64,000 nt of DNA. It comes from Octopus vulgaris. Taxonomy: Eukaryota. Numbering within the stretch: the first letter of the stretch is position 1; each line of letters opens with the position of its first letter. The DNA lies in assembly GCA_951406725.2 (NCBI GenBank), contig OX597815.1, forward strand, positions 157,852,001 through 157,916,000, written 5' to 3'. Shown piece after piece: positions 15,361-27,984 of this stretch. A program made the position numbers and the translations under genes. The notes beneath the pieces are model-generated. The model did not search any database. It was given only the letters and a program-made list of their open reading frames with translations, and was not told the DNA's origin.

Positions 15361-18300
15361 ATTCAGTAGTTTTATTTTTATAGTGTGCTTTCACTTCACT
15401 ACCGAGCGCAGCTCTGTGTGCCTTGGGTATGTGCTGTGATTTGTTGTGATGCTCTGATGGTTATTGTATGGAAAGTGTTCTGCGTAGGATGTGTGCAGTG
15501 CCTAGTAGTGCAATTTTCTGTATGTTATATGTGTTGTAAGTCCTGGTGTTTTTGTTATGTATTTGTCTGAATATTTTTTTATCATGCCTAATGCACCTAC
15601 TATGATAGGAATTGTTTCTGTTTTTAGATTCCACATTCTGGTTACCTCTATTTCCAGGTCTTTGTATTTTGAAAGTTTCTCCATTTCTTTTAGAGGCACG
15701 TTGTCATCTGCCGTTATTGTTACATCAATTAGAAAGCATTTTTTTTCTTCATGATCCCTGACAACTATATCTGGTCTGTTGGCCTTAATTTCTCTATCTG
15801 TGTGTATTGGCATATCCCAGAGTATGGCTGCTTTCTCGTTTTCTGTGACCTTTTCTGGTGTGTGCCTATACCATCTTTCTTCTGTTGTTATTCCATAATG
15901 TTGGCATAGCTTCCAGTGTATGTAGGTTCCAACTCTGTCATGTCTGTGAATATATTCCTTCTTAGCCAGGACTGGGCAGCCAGAGATAATATGATTTATT
16001 GTTTCTTGTCCATCTCCACATATTCTGCAGTTACTAGTTATATTTCTTTTCATTACATGTTTTTGGTAATTTCTGGTGGGGAGGGTTTGGTCTTGTGCTG
16101 CAATTAAAAATCCCTCCGTCTCTGCTTTGAATCCTGAGCTTCTCAACCATTGCTGGGATTTTTCTTTGTCTATTTCTTTTGCGTTTAGTTTAGTCCAGTA
16201 TTTACCCCGAAGGGGCTTTTCTTGCCATCGTTTTATCATGGTTCGTTGCTGTTCTATTTTTAGTTTGGATTTCATTTGTTTTATAGTTTTTGTTGTTTCT
16301 TCATCTTCTTCTTCTTTTTCATATTTATTAGGTGGTATGATTTCTTGTTTGTATTTGTCAGCTTCCTTAAATACTGAGAACAGTTTTTTGTTTTGCTCGT
16401 GTTTTGCCGCTATTTGTATCACTTTTCCTTCCTTCTGAAGTAGATATTTTTGTAGTCCTATGGTGGTTATTTTATAGTAGTTTTCCAGCTGTATAAGGCC
16501 TCTACCACCTTCTATACGTTGTATATATAGTCTTTCTATGTCAGATTTTGGGTGATGCATCCTAGATCCTGTTATTATTTTTCTTGTTTTCCTATCTATT
16601 TTGGTCAGTTCATTTAGTGTCCAGTTAAGGATATTGTAGTTGTAACTTATAACTGGGACAGCTAAAGTGTTAATACCTATTATCTTGTTTTTAGCATTGA
16701 GCTCTGTTTTTAGTATTGATCTAACTCGTCTATAATATTCTTTTTTATTTTCTCTTTCATTTGTGTGTGTTGTGTCTTATCTAGTTCATGGATTCCTAAG
16801 TATTTGTAAGTTTGGCTTTGGTCTAATTCTTTTATTTCATTGGTTTTATCTAGTGTGATGTTGCTACTCTTAACTAGTTTTCCTCTTTTCAGGGTTACAC
16901 ATTTTTCTAATCCAAATTTCATATCTATTTCTTTGGTAAATCCATGAACTGTCTTTAATAGTGTTTCCAGCTGTTTGTCATTTGCAGCGTATAGTTTTAG
17001 GTCATCCATATATAAAAGGTGGCTGATCGTTTTGCCGTAACATTTATATCCGCATCCAGTTCTATTTAGCATATCAGATAGAGGTGACAGTGCCAAGCAG
17101 AAAAGGAGTGGAGAGAGCGTGTCTCCCTGGAATATTCCTCTTCTAATGGGAATGGCTTTGGTTTTCATGAGTCCCTCTTTTGTTTGGAGGTGTAGCACTG
17201 TTTGTCATTTATTCATAGAGTGCCCTATGAATTTTATAAGGGTTGGTGTTACTTTGTAAATGGCTAGTGTTTCGAGGATCCATGTGTGGGGGACGCTATC
17301 AAACGCCTTTTTGTAATCGATCCAAGCCATACTGAGGCCTTTCTTCTTTCTGTGGCTGTCTTTATGGCTTTATTAATCATTAATTGACCTTTACAGCCAT
17401 ATGAGCCTTTGCTCATCCTTTCTGCTCTTCTGGAAACAGGTTGTTTTCGTCCAGGCGCTTGTTCAACCTTTGCGATATCACTGCAGTAAATGCCTTGTAC
17501 ATTGTAGGGAGGCAGGTTATTGGTCTGTAGTTTTCTGGTTTTGCTGTTTCATTTGATTTGGGAATTAAGATGGTTTTCCCCTTCGTGAGCCAATCAGGCA
17601 TTGTCTCTGGCTCTGCTAGTATGTTGTTAAAGTTTTCAGCCAGCTTTTTGTACATTCTGTTAGATATTTCAACCAGAAGTTGGGGATCTTGTCATGCCCA
17701 GGTGCCTTCCAGTTGCTTAGTCTTTGCAGTGCCTGGGTGATCTCTTCAGTTGTTTTGGGGGTCCAAAGTTGTTCAGATGCTGCGTTTGTTGTTTTGATAC
17801 TCCTTTTTTTTTGGTTGTTCGTTCGCCGACCATATTTCTCTCCAGAATTCATCCACTTCTTCTGCCGTTGGTGCTGCAGTGATTTCTATTTTATTTTTGC
17901 CAAGTTCTTTGTAGAACTTTTTGGGGTTGGAGTTGAACTTTTTGTTTTGTTCAAAGAAGCGCTGGCGTTTCTCGTACCGGTGGATCCTTTGTGCTTTGGC
18001 AAGGGTATCTTGCTTCAGCTTTTCTTTTATCTCAGGAAAATCTTTTTCTGTGATGTTATATTTGCGGAGTATTTTTGTTTTCTTTTTGCTGCTCAGTAGC
18101 GTTGATTGTCTACTGATTTCATAAAGAATCGATAGATCTTTTCTCATTTTTTGTATTTTGTTTTGGATGTTATTGATTCACAGGGTTTGTTTGGGTGGTG
18201 GTACTCCCGTTTGGATGGGTTTGAGTGAGTATCCAGCCTATTTTGTGGCTGCAGTGGCTGCTGCGTATACTAAGTCATTTATCTCAGTGATATCACTTTT

Positions 18301-19454
18301 TGTTTCAGTGGCTATTAGTTCCGTGACGGCTAGATTTATGCTGTTTATAATTGGTGTTGTTGTTTCGTCTATTTTGATTTTTGGGAGGTATGGTCGGTGG
18401 TCCATTTTGAGCTCTGTTTGTTTTCAGTTCTTTGATTATTTTACTTTTTATATTATCATAATCATTAGGCTCCCCTTCTTTGTTTCCAGGTTTTAGATTT
18501 GTGTCGCTTTCTTTCTTATTTATATGTTTGTTTGCCGTGTTTTGGTTTGCTGTTTGTCGTGTATTATTATGCATCCGTACGGTCTGGGTTTGTTGTTTTT
18601 TGTTTACATCGTGTTTTTTGGGAATGTTACGTTTGTCTTCGTGTTTTACTGTTTCAGTGTTTATATTATTGGGCATTGTTGTGTGGCTTCTATCCACATT
18701 TTCCTGGTGTATTTTTTCTTTTAGATGTTCTATTTCTATTTCTGATATTTTTTGCGTTGAGAATGTATCTTCGTACATTAGCTAGTTTATTAGGGTTCAT
18801 TGCTGTATCCAAGTCTATATTTATGTTATTTTCCTTCCATATTTTATATGTATGTGTTGTTGCGTTTTAATTTTTTGGGTAGAGCACTGCTGTGAAGTAT
18901 GTGTGTAGGATAGAAATGTATTCCTCACGTGTCCATTTATGTCTTTTGGGTTTTATTTGCGGGACATGAGGAACAACGTCCGGCCCATTATTTTGACGGT
19001 CGTCATTTTCGTAGGGTACCGGTCCGTTCATTTCTGTTGTCACATTGTTTTGCACGTGTAGTTTTTCGTACATTTTGTGTTGTAAGTTTAAAGTACGTAC
19101 CTCCCGATTGTTTTTCTTGGGTTGAATAATATTGGTGGTATTTAATTTCTTCGTAGTTCCTTTGTACATAGTGATTTGGGTCGGGGATGATCTGGTGTTG
19201 ATGGATCGTAATGTCCCACGCATGTTTACATGTGTTGTGTTAGAGGTAGACATGATATCGAGTCAAAATACATAATTTCGTTTCGAAAATAGTAATAAAT
19301 TTAAATGAGTATTACTTACTCAGATACAGTCCAATACTTTGTTAGTAAATCTTTGGCTCCATACGATGTCCTTGTTTTCGATGTTTGTGGACAGATTTCG
19401 GAGCTCTGTTTTATCGTTCTTACATCTTAAACGCCCCCCCCCCCGGTGTATCTC

Positions 19455-19456
<2 letters not shown>
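15361..19456 (-). mobile_element. Near full-length R4/Dong-like non-LTR retrotransposon (lineage B), single ORF broken by small indels, inserted in (TAA)n
   Basis: From ATG 19253: N-terminal KWTREEY (Myb-like), WKAPGHDKIPNFWLK, NYRPITCLPTMYK, WIDYKKAFDSVPH, GIFQGDTLSP, YMDD, CRICGDGQETINHIISGC and RPD..LIDVT..KYKDL. Short 3' UTR. (TAA)n on both sides, as known for Dong. Confidence 0.93.
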
Positions 19457-19516
<60 letters not shown>

Positions 19517-19541
19517 ATTATTAATATTATTATTATTATTA

Positions 19542-19591
<50 letters not shown>

Positions 19592-19834
19592 GCTGATGTT
19601 GTTCTTCTAGTCGTTGTTGTTTTGTGTGGTGGTGGTGGTTCTTCTTTTTGTACTTGTTCTTGTTGTAAGACATAGTTATAGATATATGAAATTGTTATAA
19701 AGTTTAGAAATTCAAAGCCGAAAATACCAGTTGTTAAATATAATTTTATTGACTCGAGGCAACTTAGAATCTTATAACTCTTCTATTACTAGCATTCAAC
19801 CTACCAGCAAAATGCCAACTACTCTTATATATAT

Positions 19835-19921
<87 letters not shown>

Positions 19922-19970
19922 TGTGAATGTGTGTGTGTGTTCGCTTGTACGTGTGTGTGTATGTATGTAC

Positions 19971-20005
<35 letters not shown>

Positions 20006-20246
20006 AGTGTGTGTGAGTGTGTTTGTGTGTGAGAGAGAGAGAGAGAGAGTGAGTGAGAGAGCGTATGACAAATTAGATCTATTATTTTAACGTTAGATGG
20101 AAAATAATAACGGAATTTTTATTGATGGGTTGATTCAATCCTGCGAGTAAAGACAAATTTATTGCAAAGTTCAAGTTGACTATTACTTTAAGTTTTGTCT
20201 TTTGGCTTCTTCAGAGACCTTGCTTGAAGAAGAAGATATATATACA

Positions 20247-20339
<93 letters not shown>

Positions 20340-20464
20340 GAGGGCATTATTACACATAAATGTCACATGGTAGGAGAGACTCTTAAAGTCAAAACTACTA
20401 AAATAAATAAACACATCGTACCGAATGCAACTCTCGAAGCAAGTCATTTAAAAACAGAATTTAT

Positions 20465-20524
20465 CTGCAGATCACTGTGATTTCATAATCAGTGCAGTGG
20501 TGCACTCCTTACTCATCAGTGCAA
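20465..20524 (-). ncRNA. Type I hammerhead ribozyme with canonical core
   Basis: Minus strand: tgca CTGATGA gtaa-gg-agtgca-ccac-tgcact-ga-ttat GAAA tca-cag-tga TC tgca. Stems I, II and III all pair. Cleavage triplet AUC, with the cut predicted between 20470 and 20469. Confidence 0.85.
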
Positions 20525-20539
20525 GCATAATTCAAGATT

Positions 20540-20584
<45 letters not shown>

Positions 20585-21147
20585 CAATGTTCTCATGACA
20601 GGCATGGTTTAAATTTTGCCTATCTTCTTCTTCAAGCAAGGTGTTTGAACAAGCCAAAAGGCAAAACTTAAAGTAATAGTCAACTTGAATTTTACAATAA
20701 ATTTGTGTGTGTGTGTGAACATATATATATATATATATATGTACGTATATGTTAATGCAAATGAAACTCTTTTTATGATGTGATCTAAAATAAAGGTACG
20801 ATTTTCTTCGTACATATTATCCAGGTTCAAACTAATTATAAAGGACACTCCTGGCCCTAATACTATAATTAGCTTGAACCTAGATACTATAATCCCCATT
20901 ACTGAGGAAACTATGTGCACGGCTGAAGCCAATGTTAATACTAATAGAATTATTAGTACTAACAATACTAACTCTATTATAACCATTATAACCACTAACA
21001 CCTCTACAATTACTAATAATATTAACAAGGATACTAATATTAATACTACTGCCAATGAATAGATTACTATTACTGAAAATAATAATATTACTAATACTAA
21101 TACAACAACAACTACCACTACTACTACTGCTGCTGCTGCTGGTGCTG

Positions 21148-21279
<132 letters not shown>

Positions 21280-21466
21280 TTCCCTGATGCAGTACCAGAC
21301 AGTGGCTCTCATGGCTCCTGATCTTAACTGATTGGAAGTGTTATCATGTACCTTGTTTTGTCTTAGTATAAAAGATAGGCTACAACAAATATTCTGCTCA
21401 ATACCACAGATTTGCTTGTTAGTTGTTTGACCTTAACCAGTTGAGCATGTCCCTTAGTGGCTGACG
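21280..21466 (+). mobile_element. 5' portion of the non-coding (TAA)n-associated element
   Basis: Starts directly after (AAT)n. Its 3' part overlaps the reverse complement of 30510-30589 and 57960-58033. Confidence 0.75.
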
Positions 21467-21655
21467 AGAATTTATCCCTAATTAGTGATTTGGACTTTAA
21501 CTGTTCTTTCTAGCGTAATGGATTCCTATGATGGAGCCCTCTTAATGTGTTTTAATGTACACTGTATTTTATATGAATACTATATAGTCTATTGACTATT
21601 TTTTATGCCAGGCCACTGGTAGTAGAAATTTCTAAAATTTTTATTACCCTGATAT
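21467..21655. repeat. PLE-terminal-repeat-like family, also at 55772-56260
   Basis: gagaatttatccctaattagt...cctatgatgga..tcttaatgtgttta.tgtacactgtattttatatgaata...ttattaccctgata matches 56123-56260 directly and 55772-55875 inverted. Confidence 0.8.
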
Positions 21656-21895
21656 GATTAATTATGTGTGTGTGTATATATATATATATATACGTGTATA
21701 TATATATATGAATAATATAATGCATCTAATAATAATAATAATTGATTCTTTTGTATGCATATACATGCAAATGTACATATACATTTAAGTGTAAGCATAT
21801 GTATTTATGTGTATTTATGTATAGGTATGTATATGTATAAGTATGTATATGTGTGTGTATTTATATTTATAACTTAACCTTATGTACTTTCTAAA

Positions 21896-22019
21896 ATCTC
21901 TGACGAAGCCTAGAGAAACACTCAAGTACCTCAATTTCATCCACTATTTACTTCATTCGACTGGAAAGATAAAGGTAGAATGAGGTATTTTCGCCTCTTG
22001 GCTGAAATAGCTGTAAGAT
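21896..22019 (+). ncRNA. Type I hammerhead ribozyme with extended stem II and minimal palindromic stem III
   Basis: atct CTGACGA agcc(tagag...tacctca...tgaggta...ctctt)ggct GAAA t-agct-g TA agat. Stem I is atct/agat; cleavage triplet GUA at 22013-22015. Confidence 0.75.
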
Positions 22020-22316
22020 ATTTTCCCAATTTCTACTCCTGTATGTTGTATATTTTGATAATTACTGGCATCTTTATATATTATATATGAAAAACATAAT
22101 ATGCTATACATGTATGTATATTGTTGTAATTGTTATTTTAGTAAATAAATAAATAAATTGACATAATATAATGTCCAAAAGTTGATGAATGCCACCTATT
22201 GATCCCCTCCATTTTATGATTATATATATATAGGGAGAATTAACACAAAAAAATGAAAGACGAAGATGTAGACAACAAACAGATGTATTAGTATAACGCT
22301 CGGGAAGTGAAAAACT

Positions 22317-22352
22317 CTTTAATGTTTCGAGCCTACGCTCCTCCACAGAAAG
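22317..22352 (-). ncRNA. Minimal PLE-type hammerhead-like motif (variant core)
   Basis: Minus strand: cttt CTGTGGA g gagc-gtag-gctc GAAA CATT aaag. Same family as 35415-35450. Confidence 0.5.
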
Positions 22353-22388
22353 GAACACAGAAAGAAACAAGGAGAGAAAATATATATA

Positions 22389-22424
<36 letters not shown>

Positions 22425-22461
22425 TCTCTGAGCGAGGTATAAACAGTAGCCGCACGACATC

Positions 22462-22860
22462 GTGAAGTATATTTGCCACCTAAATGTGGCTAACCCTTAA
22501 GGGTTGATGCTACTGTAGCTTGTAGCCCCAGGAAGGCATCTCCTCCACCTTGCTATTGACACACTATCTGTGCCCTATGAGTATTTGCAAAGGGAAGTCA
22601 TCGTTTCCATTAACACAAGGTAAAAGACTAACTATATTATCAGCATCTCTATCAATTATAGAATCTAAACCTTGTTCCAAATTATTATCAATAGCGTTAA
22701 TTTCACTATATATATATTATCAGTTCTACAATTATGGGAACGATAACTTCCCTTTGCAAATACTGAATGGGCACAGATAGTGAAGATGTCTTACTGGCGC
22801 TCCAAGCTACAGTAGCATCAACCCTTAAGGGCTAGCCACATTTAGGTGGCAAATATACTT

Positions 22861-22863
<3 letters not shown>
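22462..22863. repeat. Inverted repeat (arms about 22462-22610 and 22733-22863) enclosing a copy of PLE coding sequence
   Basis: gtgaagtatatttgccacctaaatgtggcta.cccttaagggttgatgctactgtagctt pairs with 22805-22863. The spacer 22614-22734 is a direct copy of about 23542-23661. Confidence 0.9.
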
Positions 22864-22912
<49 letters not shown>

Positions 22913-23359
22913 TACATACATACATACATACATACATACATACATACATGCATGCATATATGGTACAAGACGTCACTAATGGTTCAAACAACATGAAATG
23001 CATAAACAACGAGAAAAATGGAGAACAGGACGGTCTGATTTCAAATCACACCGAGATCAAACAGGATCCTTCATCAGTCGTCGGCTGTCTATCTACTCCT
23101 CATTTCGAGCATTCAGCAACAATATGAGTCTTCAAAGACAGTTGCTCCCATAAATTCTAAATAAAATTTAGGATTCAGGGAGGGTCAAAGTTGGGAACAA
23201 AAACATGACAGTGGAGACATACAAGGAAACCAAACGGAAACAGACATGGAGGGTCGTTAGACCAGAACGACAGAAAATTAGTGAACGCCGTGAGAAATAT
23301 TTTTTTGAAAAGAGAAAAGATAGAAAAGAGAGAGAGAAAAGCGTCCGTTCTTTTGATCC

Positions 23360-23850
23360 ACATTGATATACCATATTCTTCTTTAAACACTGATTTCCTA
23401 AAGGGCATCGAGTTTTCTTTTCACAATTACAAATGGATTTGTTCACTTGTGAATTGCCCTCATGGTGAAAAGAATTTTTACTAGCACCTGTCTGTAAAAT
23501 AGGTGTTACGGTTGGATTATAATTGTTATAATTAATATTAATACAAGGTAAATGACTAACTATATTATCAGCATCTCTATCAATTATAGAATCTAAACCT
23601 TGTTCCAAATGATTATCAATAACGTTAATTTCCCTATATATATTATCAGTTCTACAATTATTTATATATTTAGAATTTAGATAGTCTCTAATACTCTGTC
23701 TATTTTGTGCAGCAATAATCTCAGCTGAATTTCTAGTGGTTGAATACGAAAACTTAACACTGTATCCCTTAAATAATTACCCATATTTACTTGAAGTGGG
23801 AAGTACCTATCTAGTGCTGCAAAGAATTTACGAGGGATATTAGAAGCTAT
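23360..23850 (-). mobile_element. PLE fragment (RT to GIY-YIG linker)
   Basis: CNCEKKTRCPLGNQCLKKNMVYQC is the Cys-rich linker preceding GIY-YIG in PLEs. Confidence 0.75.
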
Positions 23851-24029
23851 TGGATATGAAAATGGAGAATTATACCATATATTTGTTGATCTATTCTTAT
23901 TTCTATAAACATTTTTTGTCAGTATTACTTTTTATTAAAATTGAGTTGTTTTCTATTATAATTTTTATTCATAAATTTGTATTTATTATTATTATTATTG
24001 TTATTATTATTATCATTATTATTATTATT

Positions 24030-24060
<31 letters not shown>

Positions 24061-24615
24061 GAAATTCCACCTTATTCCTTTATACTAAGCGCTTACTTGA
24101 TATCTGCCAGGATTTTTAAATCCCATTTATATATATATATCCTTTACTGGAACGCAATACTCTCGTATTGCATTACTATTTTCATTGAAACTTCTTCACT
24201 GTTCTCGTTCTGTCAACGTTTTGGCGTTCAGTCGAGTGTACTGGCATAGATGTGGCAACATTTGAAATATTGTCGAGGTATATGTGGCTGAGGATAAATC
24301 AAATATATGTTGGCAGACATATTTTGAAGAATCTGAAACCGGTACCACATTATCCATTTCTAGGTATTTCATTTTTCAGATGTTCTTCCTAGAGGTAAGA
24401 CATTTTTTTCATGTTTGTTGCACACACGCATCTTTACTAGTACATACGCAGTGAAGCTATACATTAGCGTCGTATTTATTACGTTCGCTATTTTCCAGTA
24501 AATATCGGTACTTCGTTGTGCCATTTATTTACTTTTATTTATAATTTTAACCTCACGGGCTATCATTTACTGGAAAGCAATACTCTCGTATTGCATTACT
24601 ATTTTCATATATATA

Positions 24616-24672
<57 letters not shown>

Positions 24673-25234
24673 TGTGTGTGTGTATGCAAAGTTTTCGTGT
24701 ATATATGCATGTATGGGCATAAGAGCGGGGAATAGGTGATTCGATAGGTGATTCAGCTCTTTACGGTCTGATTTCAAATCACACCGAGATCAACTTTTTG
24801 CCTTCCCTATACCTACCCCGCTACGATCTATGAATTGAAGTACCAGGCAAGTACTAGAATCGATTTAATCAACTAAACCTCGCCCACAAAATTTCCGACT
24901 AATGTCTTTGTTACGAACAATAAGCGAGCGCGTGTGTGTGTGGGGGTGTGGTGGGGGGTGCGGGGTTCAGTATACATAGTGATGGCTTCATGTTTGAATG
25001 CACTAAAACTTTCGTAATTTCTATGATAAACCAGTTTGAATACGCACCTAAAGAAATATAAAGAATTTGGTCGAACAAATCGATCATAGTACTTTTTTTT
25101 GTTAAGTCTGGTTCTTATTCTATCGATCACTTTTGCGGAACCGCTAATTTACGGGTGACATAAATAAACCAACACCGGATATCAAGCGGCGGAGGAGAGT
25201 CAAACACACATACACGTTTATATACATACATACA

Positions 25235-25306
<72 letters not shown>

Positions 25307-25710
25307 TATAAGAGGGATTACTTCTAAGTGGACATCCATTATGCTAAAGAAGATCCGCTATGGTCTTACCACTAAGAAAGGAATGTTCTTGACACAGATA
25401 GTGTGTCTTATATGTATGTAATATAATATTTTCTGAAACTTTAGATTTTTCAATATGCTAGATTGATATTAAATTGATATTAATCAAATTAATATTCAAT
25501 TTGTCACTCTTATTATTTTGAATATATATATATATATTTATAACAACTCTCAGGGACAGTAGTGTTTATTGAGACGGAAGTTTCTGGATTTTTTCGTATC
25601 GACGTACGATTAACTGAAAAAAGTTCTTTTATATTTCATGGTAGGAGACCAGGGTTGCCGTGTGTGCGAATAAGAATGTAAGAGTTTAAGGAATGGACTA
25701 AATAATATCT

Positions 25711-25905
25711 AGGCTATATATATTTCATAGCGAGTGGAACCTCAGAAGTGATAAATATACAAGTGAGGGGTATACCACAAACTGCTCTTCAGGCCAAGGA
25801 TTTTTAATTAAGATATACTTAGCCTGAAGTGTAGCCTACAGTATACACCTCGCTTGGATATTTACCACTTCTGAGATTTCGCTCGTTATGAAACATATAT
25901 AGCCT
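25711..25905. repeat. ~195-bp fold-back (MITE-like) palindrome
   Basis: Left arm aggctatatatatttcatagcgagtggaacctcagaagtgataaatatacaagtgaggggtatac; reverse complement of the right arm aggctatatatgtttcataacgagcgaaatctcagaagtggtaaatatccaagcgaggtgtatac. Inner ttcaggccaag/cttagcctgaa also pairs. Confidence 0.9.
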
Positions 25906-27984
25906 GAATCTTTTATACTCCATTTCTCAACTCTTGTATATATATTTATATACATACCAAAATCACTCGCAAGGAACTGATCGGCCCGGTGCTATAATAG
26001 AAGACATTTGCCCAAGGTGCTGCACAATAGGACTGAAGTCGAAATCACGCGGTTGCAAGGTGGGCTTTTAACCACACAGCCATATTCCAAAATATAAGAC
26101 TGTACGAAATTTTCCGGTTACTGTCAGTTACGTTTGTTCATAGCTGTTAAATGGCTTATTTATGTTTCGATTTCGGGATCGACACATGCAGAGGATTCAT
26201 AGAGATAATAACTATTATACATTATAAATACATTTCTTTCTTCCTTCCCTTTTCTTTTCTTTTTTTCTTTTGCTTAAACAACAGCAAAATATATAGATTT
26301 TGACTAATTATATCGGTAAACTAACACAACAATAATCGAATTTCACATGGTTTTAAACGAGAATTCTAATATGAAAGTTTTTGGATCTTAATTTCTAAGA
26401 ATAATAAGGTCAACATTTTCAGATATGAGTTTGGAAAAATATACATCGATAAGTCAATTATGTTGCAAAAAATGTGCTATGGAAAATATATTGTTTCATG
26501 TTTTCGTTTCAATGGAATAATTTTCATTGTAAACTTAAATTCGTGCCAGTAGATAATAAGCTAACCATAAAGAGAGAGAAAAAAAAACAGATAATGTATA
26601 TGCTTTTAAACTGGTAAAAGTTATTCTGTTGAGACTACTAAATATGACACATTTGAGCAAATACAGATGCAGAAAGTTATCTATATGAAATATTAACGAT
26701 TTTAAGTACATCTGTAATATGTATATTTTCAATGATGTTACTGCTATTTTGCTTCAGGTCATACCTGATTGTGTAGTACTATGAACAAAAACATTTCTCC
26801 TATGATCAGCCGTCTTTTTGGGGCATTTATCTAAAACTACAGTTCGTGATAAAGAACCTTCCGTGTGTGAAATATTAAATCTAGGACTACATTATCTAAA
26901 TGGTAGAAGGTGATTTAAAGGGGACGTAGTAGCTATATTTAGTCAGTCAAGTGACCACATAGAGGCCCCCTTGTTGACGCACAGCATTTTTGTTGTCGTT
27001 GGATAAGTGAGCCTTATCCAACAGACCTTTGATTAAAAGTATTCCAGCCCTGACCATCCCATCAATTTTATGTATAGTGTACTCGAACTAAATGTACCCT
27101 TTCATTTTCTAAGACGGTAGCGTCAGTGGCTTTGCTAGAGTTTGTACTGTGCCAGCGGTTTTTGAGTTTAGCGACCCTCTATGGAAAGCACCATAATATA
27201 CATCGAACATACACAAAAAGGCAAAACAGGCGAAACGATGTGTTAGTTTCCTTGCTCGTTCTTTGGGTGAAGCACTTTGACGCATCACTTTACCGAAATC
27301 AGAATCTAGACGTTGAACCACAACCAGGCTTGATATAAAAGAGCAGTTTGCTGTTAATCTTGCTTGGTCATAGACCAACATCTTTTAAGAGCTACAACTG
27401 GAACATTTGCTTAGCTACACAAGTCATCGCTTGAAGCCGACAAGTTACTTGAAGCTGAAGAATTACTTGAATTTGATGATGGTTTCAATTTAGAAACTAC
27501 TTCAACTTGAACAGTTGTAGTTTCTTTATGACTAAAGTATTTCAGAAGAATGCATTCTTTTAATGCTTCCTCTTTTGTCTTTCACAAAAAGCAGTTCCAT
27601 TGTTTTTTGTTCTCTTCATCTGGGGATGCATTGGTGGAATAATAAAATATTTATCAATTTCTTCAAAATTTGGCTCAGAAAACATAAAGTTGCTTCTTGA
27701 TGTCAAGTTTTAGCACACTAAACGAAAAATAGGGAAATTGTATGGAGTCAGTAAAAAAAAAAAGAAGTGGAACACTATCCTCAAGTGTTTTGAAGGTTTA
27801 AGATAAGCCTGAAGCGGGAATCTCGAATTTAATAAGGATTGACAATGAATAATATATGCCTCATAACAGTTCGTAAGCTCAGAAAGCGGCTGAATTATAA
27901 CTGTGCACCTCCTCAAAAACATTAGGAGACAATATCTCGCACAGTAAGACAAAGATTATTATCATCATCATCATCATCCTGATC

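Noticed and set aside
19255-19456. HDV-like ribozyme in the 5' UTR of the full-length R4 element
   Set aside because: Some pairing exists (agataca/tgtatct), but no P3/L3/P1.1 nested pseudoknot pattern is visible; it needs a descriptor search.
20609-21118. 169-aa hydrophobic ORF resembling a membrane protein
   Set aside because: It is derived from degenerate (TAA/TAC)n low-complexity sequence.
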